Assembly (NCBI GenBank): GCA_041694815.1
Contig: JBGFSC010000047.1
Coordinates: 32,001-96,000, forward strand
Source of the DNA: Elusimicrobiota bacterium
GTDB lineage: Bacteria > Elusimicrobiota > Elusimicrobia > UBA1565 > JACRDR01
Length of the DNA stretch: 64,000 bases
Direction: 5' to 3'
The position numbers and the translations under genes are program-made. The notes under the pieces are model-generated. The model saw only the letters and a program-made list of their open reading frames with translations. It was not told the origin of the DNA and did not search any database. This document shows positions 46,302-55,393 of this stretch, in pieces; positions within the stretch are counted from its first letter, which is position 1, and the number at the start of each line of letters is the position of its first letter.

Positions 46302-47949
46302 GGAACGGAGAGGGAAGGAGGGGTGGGCGCGAGCGCTCCTCGGGCAGGCGCTGCAGCTCCACCTCCGACAACAGCAGGCTCGGGGCGATCTGGTTGACGG
46401 CGACCGAGCCCGATTCGGCGCCGCAATTGAACGGATTGGAGAGCTTGCTGTCGTCTCCGGCGGAAAGTATCCGGCTGAGCACCACGAGGGGGGTGCCCAC
46501 CATCTTAACGCCGCGCACGGGCGTCTCCTCGCCCGTCTTAGCGTCTACGCGGAACACCAGCCGCGGGCGAACCTCCAAGGTTTGCGCCGCGCGACGGTTG
46601 TTAGGGTTCTCGCCGCCGGAGGAGCCAACCAGCCGCAGGCCGTATGGTTTTCCCCGCGCACGGCAGAGGGCCATCAGGCGGCGCTTGAGCTCCGCGGGGC
46701 TGACGGGCTCATGCGGGATCACCATCAAGTTCCCCATCCGCCCGCTCGCATGATGCACCGCGTCGGCACGCCCGTGCCCGTTGGAGCGCGCAAAGCCACG
46801 GATCGGCCAGCGGGACATGAGGAAATTCCTCAGAACGCCGCGCTCTACGAGCGTCACGCGCTGTGCGGGCACTCCCTCGTCGTCGTAGGTGTAATGCCCG
46901 TGCAGGGCCTGTCCGTGGAACTCCTCGAGAGTGGGGTCGTCGACCACACTCAAGAACGGGGGCAGGATGGTCGAGCCCACCTGATCGCGGAATACCTGGC
47001 TCTCGTTCGGATCCCTCTGCCTCTGGCCCTCGAGCTTATGCCCGAGGGCCTCGTGGAAAAATACCCCGGCGAACTCGGGGTCCATGATGGCGGGAGCCGA
47101 GAACGGGGCTTGGACCGGGGCCTGCCTCGCGGCAGAGAGCTCCGCGGCCAAGGTGTCGACTTCCCGCTCCAAAGCCGCCGTCGCGGGAAGCTCGGAAGCC
47201 TCGCGCACCGTCCACGCGCGGCGATTATCTAGGCGCATGCCATCGGCCGCGCGCGTCCAAGCGCTGAGCACGAACAATAACGGCGTATGCTCGCTCGGTG
47301 CCGCGATGCGGGTCCCCTCGCTGGTAAGCAGGTAGCGCCGCGAACGGCTCAGCGAAGCGAAGGCGTAGCTGCCGTAGACGAACGGGTAGCGTTTGAAGCG
47401 CGCACTGGCGGCCTCCAAGGCAGGCCGTAGCGAGTCGATATCGGCCTCGGGAGCCTGCGGCAGGAAGGCCTCGCTCGGGGGCTCCGCGGAAAAATCGTCC
47501 AAGCGCTCGCGGTCGAGCTCCGTGGCCTTGCGGGCCTTCTTGTCGAGATAATCGGCCACGGCTGATTTATAGGATTCGTCGGTAAGTTGCCAGAGCTGGT
47601 GGCGCAGCACGCCGGCATCTATCGAGGCGGGACCCGATCGCCCATGGTAGCTGAGGTCGGTGTTATCGAAAGCGGGAGAGCCAAAGCGCGTCTCCACGTA
47701 GAGCGTGCGGTCGCGTTCTACGCCGCCGCGCAGCTGGGCCCCGAGCGCGTAGACCAGGCGTTGGGAACTCTCATCGCTTAAGCGGTAAGCGATGAAATAA
47801 GGAGGGCCGAAGGAGTCCAAGCGCAGGCGCTCGATCGATCGATCCATCTCCGCGCGCATCGCTGAGAAGATCGCGAGGTCGGCGGCCGTCGGCGTGGAAG
47901 CGGCCGAGGCCGGGCAGGCCAGGACCGCGATGAGGAACGCGAGGCGCAT
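46291..47949 (-). CDS. tldD: TldD-family metalloprotease with signal peptide
   Basis: FFHEALGH, DDPT, YDDEG, SNGHGR, C-terminal NCGAESG. Confidence 0.85.
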   Translation of the reverse strand: MRLAFLIAVLACPASAASTPTAADLAIFSAMRAEMDRSIERLRLDSFGPPYFIAYRLSDESSQRLVYALGAQLRGGVERDRTLYVETRFGSPAFDNTDLSYHGRSGPASIDAGVLRHQLWQLTDESYKSAVADYLDKKARKATELDRERLDDFSAEPPSEAFLPQAPEADIDSLRPALEAASARFKRYPFVYGSYAFASLSRSRRYLLTSEGTRIAAPSEHTPLLFVLSAWTRAADGMRLDNRRAWTVREASELPATAALEREVDTLAAELSAARQAPVQAPFSAPAIMDPEFAGVFFHEALGHKLEGQRQRDPNESQVFRDQVGSTILPPFLSVVDDPTLEEFHGQALHGHYTYDDEGVPAQRVTLVERGVLRNFLMSRWPIRGFARSNGHGRADAVHHASGRMGNLMVIPHEPVSPAELKRRLMALCRARGKPYGLRLVGSSGGENPNNRRAAQTLEVRPRLVFRVDAKTGEETPVRGVKMVGTPLVVLSRILSAGDDSKLSNPFNCGAESGSVAVNQIAPSLLLSEVELQRLPEERSRPPLLPSPFHEK

Positions 47950-47952
47950 GAC

Positions 47953-49332
47953 TTACTCTACCAAATAAAGCGTTCTGCCCTCGGCGACGGCCCTCGGAGC
48001 CATGCGCAGCGGCAGAGAGAAGGGGCGCCAATCGGGAGGTAGGCGTTCGGGCACCACGGCCACCGGCTCGCCCGAGCGACGCAGGGCATCGATACGCTTG
48101 GCCAGCGAGGCCCGGTCGTGGTAGCGCAGGCTGAGCGTCTTGCGGTGGGCGAAATAGGGGACGTAGACGCGGTCGACCCCTTCGGCTAGAATCCAAGTAT
48201 CCTCACTAGTCTCGCGCCCGACCCAAAGACTGTATTGCAGATCGGCGTTGAGCGCAGGATCCGCGCCCGGACGTATCACACGGGCCCAGTTCCATAAGCC
48301 CAAGGCCGCCGCGGCTAGGCACGCGAGTAGCGGGGCCCGGTCGAAGGGGAGGCCGGAGAGGCCCAACGCGATCAAAAGCCACAACGGCGCCAGGTCGCTG
48401 TAGCGGTAGACAACGGTTCCCGACTCCCAGGAAAGATAGAGCAAGGCGTAGCCTGCCAGCCAGGCCACGGCGAGTCGGACGGGCTTAGATCCCAGCCCCC
48501 CCTTGATCGCTCCCCATGCCGCCAGGCACCAACCGAGCGCGCCCGCCCAGACGCCGGCGCCGAAAAGCTGCAGCGAGCGCGTTAGCCAAGTGAGTAGGTT
48601 GGGCATCGAATAGCCGCCATGCCAGTCGAATTGGCGGTCGACCGTGAGCGCCGCGCTGCCCAAAAGCCATACCCGAAGCTCCTCCCACGAGCCTGGCCGC
48701 ATGATGAACGCGCCCGCCGCGAGATACGCCGCGCCTACGGTGGAACCGAGGGCCAGGAGGTATCGCCGCCGGGCGCAGGTATCCTTAAGCAGCCAAATCG
48801 CCGCCGGAGCGAGCATCAAATGCCCCACATGCCCCAGGACGGCGCCAGCCTGGAGCAGCCCGATTATGATGGGCCTCTGGCTTGGCCGCAACAGCTCTAC
48901 CGCGGCGCAGAACGCGAAAAAGGCGCCCAGGGGATAGACCTGCGCCTCCAGCGACCAGCGCCAGTAGACATCCGACACCGCCAGACACGCGGCGACGCAC
49001 GCTGAGAATCGCCGGTCAAAGCCAGAGCGGCGCATCATGAGGAAAAAAGCTCCCACCCCCGCCGCTCCCAGAAGGGAGCTCAATGCCTGCAGCGAGAGGA
49101 GCGCCGGCCCCGAGTACCCCAAGATCTTCCAGAATTCGAAGAAGAGCCAGCCTAAGAATCCGTAGGCGAGATGGTTGCCGTGCACGAGATGCTTGAGATC
49201 CCCCAACTCCACGGCGATGGCGCAGGCCACCCCGTCGTAATTGTAACGGGCGGCCGGGAAACTCAAGTACAGTCCCGCCACTAGCACGAAGAGGAGCGCG
49301 GCCCAACGGACGGGCCGGTCTAGCGGAGACAC
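47953..49332 (-). CDS. GT-C-like multipass membrane protein
   Basis: Early acidic loop NYDG, HLAY, EAQVY, about ten hydrophobic segments, C-terminal soluble domain. Confidence 0.6.
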   Translation of the reverse strand: MSPLDRPVRWAALLFVLVAGLYLSFPAARYNYDGVACAIAVELGDLKHLVHGNHLAYGFLGWLFFEFWKILGYSGPALLSLQALSSLLGAAGVGAFFLMMRRSGFDRRFSACVAACLAVSDVYWRWSLEAQVYPLGAFFAFCAAVELLRPSQRPIIIGLLQAGAVLGHVGHLMLAPAAIWLLKDTCARRRYLLALGSTVGAAYLAAGAFIMRPGSWEELRVWLLGSAALTVDRQFDWHGGYSMPNLLTWLTRSLQLFGAGVWAGALGWCLAAWGAIKGGLGSKPVRLAVAWLAGYALLYLSWESGTVVYRYSDLAPLWLLIALGLSGLPFDRAPLLACLAAAALGLWNWARVIRPGADPALNADLQYSLWVGRETSEDTWILAEGVDRVYVPYFAHRKTLSLRYHDRASLAKRIDALRRSGEPVAVVPERLPPDWRPFSLPLRMAPRAVAEGRTLYLVE

Positions 49333-49376
49333 CGTCGAATTTCGCGACCTGGATGAATCGCGACCCCGTCGATCAT
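49320..49376 (-). pseudogene. Remnant of an RmlC/RfbC-like 3,5-epimerase N-terminus
   Basis: MIDGVAIHP GREIRRCLR*; ATGA overlap with the preceding remnant. Confidence 0.45.
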
Positions 49377-49480
49377 GTAGCAAGCGCGCGGCGATACCAG
49401 GCGATGGTCGCGCGCAGGACGCGGTCGGTCATCTCGGAGAGGCGGGTGCCCATGCCCCCCGCCAGGATGGCGACTTTCAT
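49373..49480 (-). pseudogene. Chimeric remnant: RfbF-like nucleotidyltransferase N-terminus joined to an SDR epimerase/dehydratase C-terminus
   Basis: MKVAILAGGMGTRLSEMTD + RVLRATIAWYRRALAT* (35 aa); ATGA overlap with the upstream gene. Confidence 0.75.
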
Positions 49481-50700
49481 CGAAGGGAGATTTTAGCAAT
49501 TCTCACCGCGGCGCGCTCCGCGGCGAGGGCGGCGAAAAGGATGATCCAGGTCATGACGGGAATGCGGTAGCGCAACATGGTAAATATCAAAGAAAAAGTG
49601 AAGGCGACCGAAGCCACGAAGAGAAGCGGGACGATGCTCTCTTTTTTGCGGCGCAAGCCCAAAACCGCACCCAGCAGCCCCAATGGGATGATCCAGCCGT
49701 CCGACAGCATGCCTACCAGGCGCACCTGCCCGTATGAATGGCCGGAGCCGTACGACCGCGGCCTGGGCCAAAGCCGCCAGAAGTCCACGAAAAACCGCCA
49801 CGCCCAGATGCGCAGGTAGCCGAGCGGGTGCTCGCCCACCCAGTTGAGCCCCGCCTTCCAGAAGTACTTCTCCCGTTCGATGGGATCGAGTCCCCCGCTG
49901 TTCTGGAACACGGAATCGTTTTTGATGATCTCTTGGTGCTCGGCAAGCCCTCCCAATTCCTGAGGGACAACGAGGTATTCGTAAAAGTTTCCGCCCGCAC
50001 CGCAGGTGTTGCCAAAAACGAAGCGTTGGAAATGGATGTAATTGCGAATGGGCCAGAGCGCGTACAGCGGAATCAACGCCGACAAGAACAGCCCAGCCCT
50101 CCGCCATTGCCATCCGCACTTGAAGTCCCACGCCAAGAGCAGGAGCGGCGCGAGGATCAAGCCGAAGGGCAAGAGCGTCGTATCCGTCAGCGCGCCCAAG
50201 GCATTGATGATCCCGGAGAGCCAAACCCAACGGGGCCGCTCGAGCGATTCCAATAAACTCCAAACTCCCGCCACACCGAAGAACACAAGCAGGGATTGGC
50301 GCATCGCCTGGGCGTTGTAAAAAATGAAGGGAGGGTACAGTGCCGCTATCGCCATCGCCAGGGTAGCGGCGCGCTCGCCGAACAGCCGGCGGCCGCAGAG
50401 GAACAAAAGCCCGATGCCCAAGGCCTGCGCCAGCGTGTTGACGACGAGCACCGCCGCGTAATTCTTTCCAAGCAGTTTGAAGCCCAAGCCCAGGTATACC
50501 GGATATCCGGGTTCGCGCCAGGCCGTCACCTTGCCGTCGGACCCCTTTAAGGTCCAGGAATCGGCGAAGGCGGAGGCGATGGTCGCGTAATCGTCCGGGT
50601 GGGCCAAAGGGGCGCCATGCGGCTGCGGCGGGCGCGCCCATCCGTAAAAGAGGCGTGCGGCGACGGCCAGGCCGAGCAGGGCCCAATGCAGCCGGCTCAC
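49477..50700 (-). CDS. GT-C-fold membrane glycosyltransferase
   Basis: HPDDY, REPGYP, YPP, WPIRN, LRYRIP. GTGA overlap sets the start. Confidence 0.72.
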   Translation of the reverse strand: MSRLHWALLGLAVAARLFYGWARPPQPHGAPLAHPDDYATIASAFADSWTLKGSDGKVTAWREPGYPVYLGLGFKLLGKNYAAVLVVNTLAQALGIGLLFLCGRRLFGERAATLAMAIAALYPPFIFYNAQAMRQSLLVFFGVAGVWSLLESLERPRWVWLSGIINALGALTDTTLLPFGLILAPLLLLAWDFKCGWQWRRAGLFLSALIPLYALWPIRNYIHFQRFVFGNTCGAGGNFYEYLVVPQELGGLAEHQEIIKNDSVFQNSGGLDPIEREKYFWKAGLNWVGEHPLGYLRIWAWRFFVDFWRLWPRPRSYGSGHSYGQVRLVGMLSDGWIIPLGLLGAVLGLRRKKESIVPLLFVASVAFTFSLIFTMLRYRIPVMTWIILFAALAAERAAVRIAKISLR

Positions 50701-51800
50701 GCCTTGAATTTCCTCAAAGAGGATAGGATTTTCTCTACGTCGGCGTCGGAGAGGCCCGGGTGCAGGGGAATGCTCAGGGCTTCTTCGTTCAAACGCTCGC
50801 AGACCGGCAATTTTGCTTTGGAGCCGTAAATGGGATTTAAGTGCAGCGGATGATAGCGCAGCGTGGTATAGATGCCCTCTTGATAGAGGAATTTGGCCAG
50901 CATGTCCCGACGACCGCCCGGCACCCGGATGCAATAGGTGAAATAGGAATGCCTGTCTCCGGCCGGGACATCCTTAGGGAGCTTGAGCCAGGAAAGCCCC
51001 GCGAGCTCTTTTTGATACAGCTCCCATATCCAGCGACGCCGGGATTGCATCGCGTCGAGCTTGCGCAATTGGGCCAGGCCTATGGACGCGGCGATGTCGT
51101 TGGGCAGCATCTTGGGGAAGAAATCGGTAACGCTGTATTCCCACCAGCGGTCTTTGTTGGCGGAGGCTTCGAATCCCGATTTGCCGATCCCGCAATAGCG
51201 CAACTGCCTCGCCCGAACGAGCCGGGCCGGGTCCTTGGCCGTCAGCCCGCCTCCCTCTCCCATAGCCAGGTTCTTGATCGCGTCGAAGCTGTAAATGCCG
51301 ATGTCGCCCAAGGAGCCGCAAGCCTTGCCCGCCCTGCGGGAGTCCACGGCGTGCGCGGAGTCCTCGATGATGGGCAACCCCAAATCCGCGATGGGCTCGA
51401 ACTCGACCGGAAGCCCGCCGTAATGGACCACCATCACCGCCCTGGTCTTGGGGGTCCGCGCCTTCTCGATGCATTCGCGTGTCACATTCTGGGTTTCGTA
51501 ATCGACGTCGCAGAACACGGGCGCGCAGCCGCAGAGCACCACCGCGTGCGCGCAGGAGATCCAGGTGAAGGAAGGAACGATCACCTCGGAGCCCTGAGGC
51601 AGGTCCAGGAGCTTCACGGCCAGGTGCAGGCTGTTGGAGCCGGAATCCAGCAGCACGAAGCCCGGCAGGCCCAGCCGGGCCGCGAACTGCCTCTCGAAAG
51701 AGGCTGTCTTGGGACCAATGCCCATCCACTGCGCCTCGAGGCTGCTGCGCACCTCCTCGAGCTCCTCCTTTCCGACCAAGGATCCGAATACGTTGATCAC
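50697..51800 (-). CDS. DegT/DnrJ/EryC1/StrS sugar aminotransferase
   Basis: VHYGG, IEDSAHA, SFDAIKNLAMGEGG (Lys retained), LSIPLHP. Confidence 0.9.
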   Translation of the reverse strand: MINVFGSLVGKEELEEVRSSLEAQWMGIGPKTASFERQFAARLGLPGFVLLDSGSNSLHLAVKLLDLPQGSEVIVPSFTWISCAHAVVLCGCAPVFCDVDYETQNVTRECIEKARTPKTRAVMVVHYGGLPVEFEPIADLGLPIIEDSAHAVDSRRAGKACGSLGDIGIYSFDAIKNLAMGEGGGLTAKDPARLVRARQLRYCGIGKSGFEASANKDRWWEYSVTDFFPKMLPNDIAASIGLAQLRKLDAMQSRRRWIWELYQKELAGLSWLKLPKDVPAGDRHSYFTYCIRVPGGRRDMLAKFLYQEGIYTTLRYHPLHLNPIYGSKAKLPVCERLNEEALSIPLHPGLSDADVEKILSSLRKFKA

Positions 51801-52309
51801 GCCCCCCCCTTCGCATAGGCGCACGGGGAGAATACGTACCAGTCAAGACGCATCTGGTAGTAGTCCCCCTTGTCCTCGGCGATGCTGAAACCGCATTTCT
51901 GATACCAGCCGACGGCGGGATTGCCACAAAGCACCTTGCAGCCGATCTCCCGGGTATGCTCGGCGGCGATGAAGCTGCACATCAGGGTCATGGCGCGGCG
52001 CAGCACGCCGCGCCCAGTCGCCTGGGGCGTGCCAATGATATTGTAGCAGTCGGCCGCACCGCCCAAGAGCCTAAAGCCCATGCATCCCGCCTTGAGGTTT
52101 TCCCACTCGACGACGAACATGTGATCGTCCGGGCGCGCCAGAAAGCCCTCGTACCAGCGCCGCTGCATCTCGGGCGTAATCTCGTCCTTGAAGAAAAAGG
52201 CCCGGCGGTTGGCGTTCTTCCAGACTCGAAGATCTTCCAAGTCGGACTCGTCGATGGAGCGCAGCGATACGTCCAAGGAGGGTCCCTCGAGGACCAGGCG
52301 GGCTTTCAC
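51797..52309 (-). CDS. GNAT N-acetyltransferase (sugar N-acetyltransferase-like)
   Basis: LRVWKN..FF..IT.EMQRRWY, GRGV, NPAVGWYQKCGF; adjacent to the DegT gene. Confidence 0.8.
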   Translation of the reverse strand: MKARLVLEGPSLDVSLRSIDESDLEDLRVWKNANRRAFFFKDEITPEMQRRWYEGFLARPDDHMFVVEWENLKAGCMGFRLLGGAADCYNIIGTPQATGRGVLRRAMTLMCSFIAAEHTREIGCKVLCGNPAVGWYQKCGFSIAEDKGDYYQMRLDWYVFSPCAYAKGGA

Positions 52310-54009
52310 GAGCCCGGGCCTCCGCGCTCGTAAATCGTGAACGCCATATTCGCGAAGACGGAATTGTCCCTTGCCTTGGCCCAGCCCGGCTCCCAAGGCC
52401 TGAACTCGGCCGCCTTACGGTAGCCCGCCTTCGAGGGGTCCCCCAAGGCCTCGCGTCCACTTTCGCCAAGAACAAGGAAACGAGGAGACTGTCCGGGCTT
52501 GAGGGACTCCAGCCGGTCCGTGATCACCCAATGGTAGCGGTCGAAACGCAGCGGCGGCGTATGCGCCGGCTCGGGGTAGCGGGAAAGCCCGACCCTGCTG
52601 CCGGCGGGCACATGCGCCTCGATCCAAGCGGCCGCCCGAGCCCGAGTCGATGACGGCCCGGAGTCCAGCCGCATATTTTCCAGGGCGGCGACGCCGCGCA
52701 GGCCGGTATCGGCTAAGAGCAGCGCCGCGGCCAGCGCGCGCCAGCGCGGCTTAAGGCGCCAGAGCAGATCGACGCCTAAGAGCACGGCCACGGCGACGAG
52801 GGGATAGTAGAGCCGCAAGAACCCGGGAGCGGTGAAAAAACCGAACCGCACGAAGATCGGTACGGCGCAGCCCAGCACCGTCGCCGCAAGCAGGCGGCGG
52901 CCGCCCACGCCGGAGGCGAGCGAGCCAAGCACCCCGGCGGCGGCCACTATCGCCAAAAACGGACCCATGCCGATCCAGAACGCCGGCAGGAATGCCAAGA
53001 GATGCTCGGGTCTGCCGCGCATGTCGACTCCTCGGGTCTCCCAGATGAAATCCTCGAAGGCGAAAACCAGGTACGGGTTAAATAGCAAGGCGACGGCCGC
53101 GGCGGCCAAGCATCCCGCGGCAGCCGGCCGCCATTCGCCGGGCTCGGCCTCGCCCGACGCCTTGCGGCCGGCCAATAGGAGCAACGGAAGTGCGAGCAAA
53201 AACACCAGCGAAAAGTTCGCGCCGACAGCCATCCCAGCGCAGGCTCCGCAGAGCCAATAGCCGCGGCGCCGCCGGAAGGATACGAGGAACCAGCAGGCCG
53301 ACAGCGTCCAGAACGCGGCGAATGGATGCGGCTTGACCACATGCGAATTGTCGACGATGTTCGGGCACAGCGCGAAGAGCAGCGCGGCCAGGACTCCCGC
53401 GGCCGGCGAGGCCAGGCGCCGGCCCATGGAGTAGATCACCCAGAGACAACCGATCTGAAACAGGAGAACGAAGAGGCGTCCGCAGAGGTAGAGCAGGCCC
53501 ATTTCCTCGGGCCGAAGCAGATAATATTCCACCTCCGGCACCAGTCGGCAGGCGCCGAGCCAGGAGACTGCCTTCAAGAAAGCGCCCAGCGGGTAGATGA
53601 AGGCGCCGCCGTACTGCACGTACAGCGGCTTGAATTCCAGTTTCCAAGGGCGCATATGCGCCAGGATAATGAACGATTTCTTCTCGTCCGGGTGCTCCGA
53701 CTGCAGGAGCATCGCCCGGCAGGAGTTGAGCAGGTTTCCGGGAGGGAAGCGCCATCCCGCGCGGAATTCTTCGACGCCGCGGCTGTAGGTGATCGGCTCC
53801 TCGGCGCGTAATTCGCGGTGGGCCTGCGCGATGCCTTCATAGAGCCGCCTCCAGCTCTCCGAAAATTCGCGCATCGCCTCCGGAGAGCGGCGGAGATGCT
53901 CGGGTAGGACATGCCAGCGCGCGGGTCCCGGCAGACCCCAACGCAGGCCCCAGAGCCCGATGCAAAGGCCCGACAGCAGGACGCAGGAAGCGGCTAGTTT
54001 ATCGCGCAT
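52306..54009 (-). CDS. GT-C-fold (family 39-like) membrane glycosyltransferase
   Basis: WGLP, HPDEK, YG..FIY, VKPH, FNPY, TR..AAAWI motifs. Confidence 0.72.
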   Translation of the reverse strand: MRDKLAASCVLLSGLCIGLWGLRWGLPGPARWHVLPEHLRRSPEAMREFSESWRRLYEGIAQAHRELRAEEPITYSRGVEEFRAGWRFPPGNLLNSCRAMLLQSEHPDEKKSFIILAHMRPWKLEFKPLYVQYGGAFIYPLGAFLKAVSWLGACRLVPEVEYYLLRPEEMGLLYLCGRLFVLLFQIGCLWVIYSMGRRLASPAAGVLAALLFALCPNIVDNSHVVKPHPFAAFWTLSACWFLVSFRRRRGYWLCGACAGMAVGANFSLVFLLALPLLLLAGRKASGEAEPGEWRPAAAGCLAAAAVALLFNPYLVFAFEDFIWETRGVDMRGRPEHLLAFLPAFWIGMGPFLAIVAAAGVLGSLASGVGGRRLLAATVLGCAVPIFVRFGFFTAPGFLRLYYPLVAVAVLLGVDLLWRLKPRWRALAAALLLADTGLRGVAALENMRLDSGPSSTRARAAAWIEAHVPAGSRVGLSRYPEPAHTPPLRFDRYHWVITDRLESLKPGQSPRFLVLGESGREALGDPSKAGYRKAAEFRPWEPGWAKARDNSVFANMAFTIYERGGPGS

Positions 54010-55393
54010 CCGCCAGCTTCCGAGCGAGCCTCTCGGCTGCCTCGTAGCCCATCTTCATGGCGACATGGGTGTTGACGTACTGGAAGCGCCCCTGCCGGCC
54101 CGCCGTTTCCAGGTTCGCGATCCGGCCAAAAGCCTCCAACAACCTCCCTAAAGCCTCTTCATAACCCAACGTGTATATCGGGTGGGCGTGACGCGCCCGG
54201 AAAACGTTCATCGCCACGACTTCATCGCGCGCGACGATTCCCTCGCGGAGCAGGTCGCCCAGCACGGCCTCCTTGACGAAGGCCTCGTCAGTCCATAGCC
54301 GCTCGCCCGGGTCGCAGGTCACCTCGGCGACGAGCAGCGTGCTGCCCGCCGGCTCTATCTTGAAGCGGAACTGGGCTAGGTCTGTGATGCGGTTGAAGGA
54401 ATGCTCCCGGAAATACATGAAGGAGGCGGGCAGGACCCTCGGACGCCGGACCTTGATCCCAACGAAGACGATGGCGCGAAAGCGCAGGGCGCCGGCGGCG
54501 CGCTCGGCCTCCACGCCGAGACCCGGCTCGAACATGCGCGCGGCCTCGTTGATGGGCAATGTGTTGACTATGGCCGAGCAGGGGATCCTTTTTTCGATAC
54601 CCTCCACGCGCGCGGAGACCGAAATGGCGCGCCCGCCTTCCCGCGCGATCTCGAACACCTCGGCGCGGTAGAGGATCTCGCCGCCCCGCAACGCGAGCCG
54701 CTCGGCCATGCGGCGGGTGATCAGCGAGAAGCCCTGACGGGTCGTATAGAGCTCGCCTTCGACCTTCTCGACGTATCCTTCGGTGCGCAGCTCCCTTTTG
54801 CCGAAAAAGGAGCTGCGCAGCACCTCCTTGAGCTTGTCCAAAAAATCCAGCAGGCTCAGACGGGGGATGCGCTCGCGCGCGAAGGCCGGCGAGAATCCGG
54901 ACGGAGGGATGCCCCAAACCCGCTCAATATAATCCTTGAAAAAAATCTTGTAGAGGACATCGCCGTAGTAGCGCACGAGCACCGTCTCGGAGTTTTCCAC
55001 CGGGGGCTTGTAAAAGAAACCGTGGAGGAAACAGTACGCGAAGCTTGCCGCCGCCCGACACACGGTCGTGAAGGGCAGCTTGAAGAGCACGTCCGCCACC
55101 GAGAGCGGGAACTTAAAGTAATTGCCGAGGAAGCGGATCTGGATCGTGCGCTTGTAGGGAAGCAATTCGGAACCCATGAGCTCCTTGACATCGGCCAGTA
55201 TCTGCGGGTCGGTGGTATGGAACACATGCGGGCCGTATTCGTAGACGTCGCCGCCCAACGTCACGCCCCCGGCCAGGCCGCCAGGATGATCCTCCTTTTC
55301 CAGCACCAGCACGGAGTGGCCGAGCTTCTGTAGTCGAAAGGCCGCGGACAGCCCGGCGCAGCCGGCGCCCAAGACGACGATTGGCTCCTTCAC
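53999..55393 (-). CDS. FAD-dependent oxidoreductase (UDP-galactopyranose mutase/protoporphyrinogen oxidase-like)
   Basis: GAGCAGL, EYGPHVFH, YIERVWG, GRQGRFQY. GTGA overlap sets the start. Confidence 0.75.
   Translation of the reverse strand: MKEPIVVLGAGCAGLSAAFRLQKLGHSVLVLEKEDHPGGLAGGVTLGGDVYEYGPHVFHTTDPQILADVKELMGSELLPYKRTIQIRFLGNYFKFPLSVADVLFKLPFTTVCRAAASFAYCFLHGFFYKPPVENSETVLVRYYGDVLYKIFFKDYIERVWGIPPSGFSPAFARERIPRLSLLDFLDKLKEVLRSSFFGKRELRTEGYVEKVEGELYTTRQGFSLITRRMAERLALRGGEILYRAEVFEIAREGGRAISVSARVEGIEKRIPCSAIVNTLPINEAARMFEPGLGVEAERAAGALRFRAIVFVGIKVRRPRVLPASFMYFREHSFNRITDLAQFRFKIEPAGSTLLVAEVTCDPGERLWTDEAFVKEAVLGDLLREGIVARDEVVAMNVFRARHAHPIYTLGYEEALGRLLEAFGRIANLETAGRQGRFQYVNTHVAMKMGYEAAERLARKLADAR

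Noticed and set aside
30003..47949. RiPP cluster (radical SAM/SPASM + TldDE + proteases)
   Set aside because: The genes lie in separate units, no precursor peptide or RRE was found, and the neighbours are glycan genes.
49493..51927. Several 300-400 aa overlapping ORFs
   Set aside because: Shadow frames of the GT-C and DegT genes.
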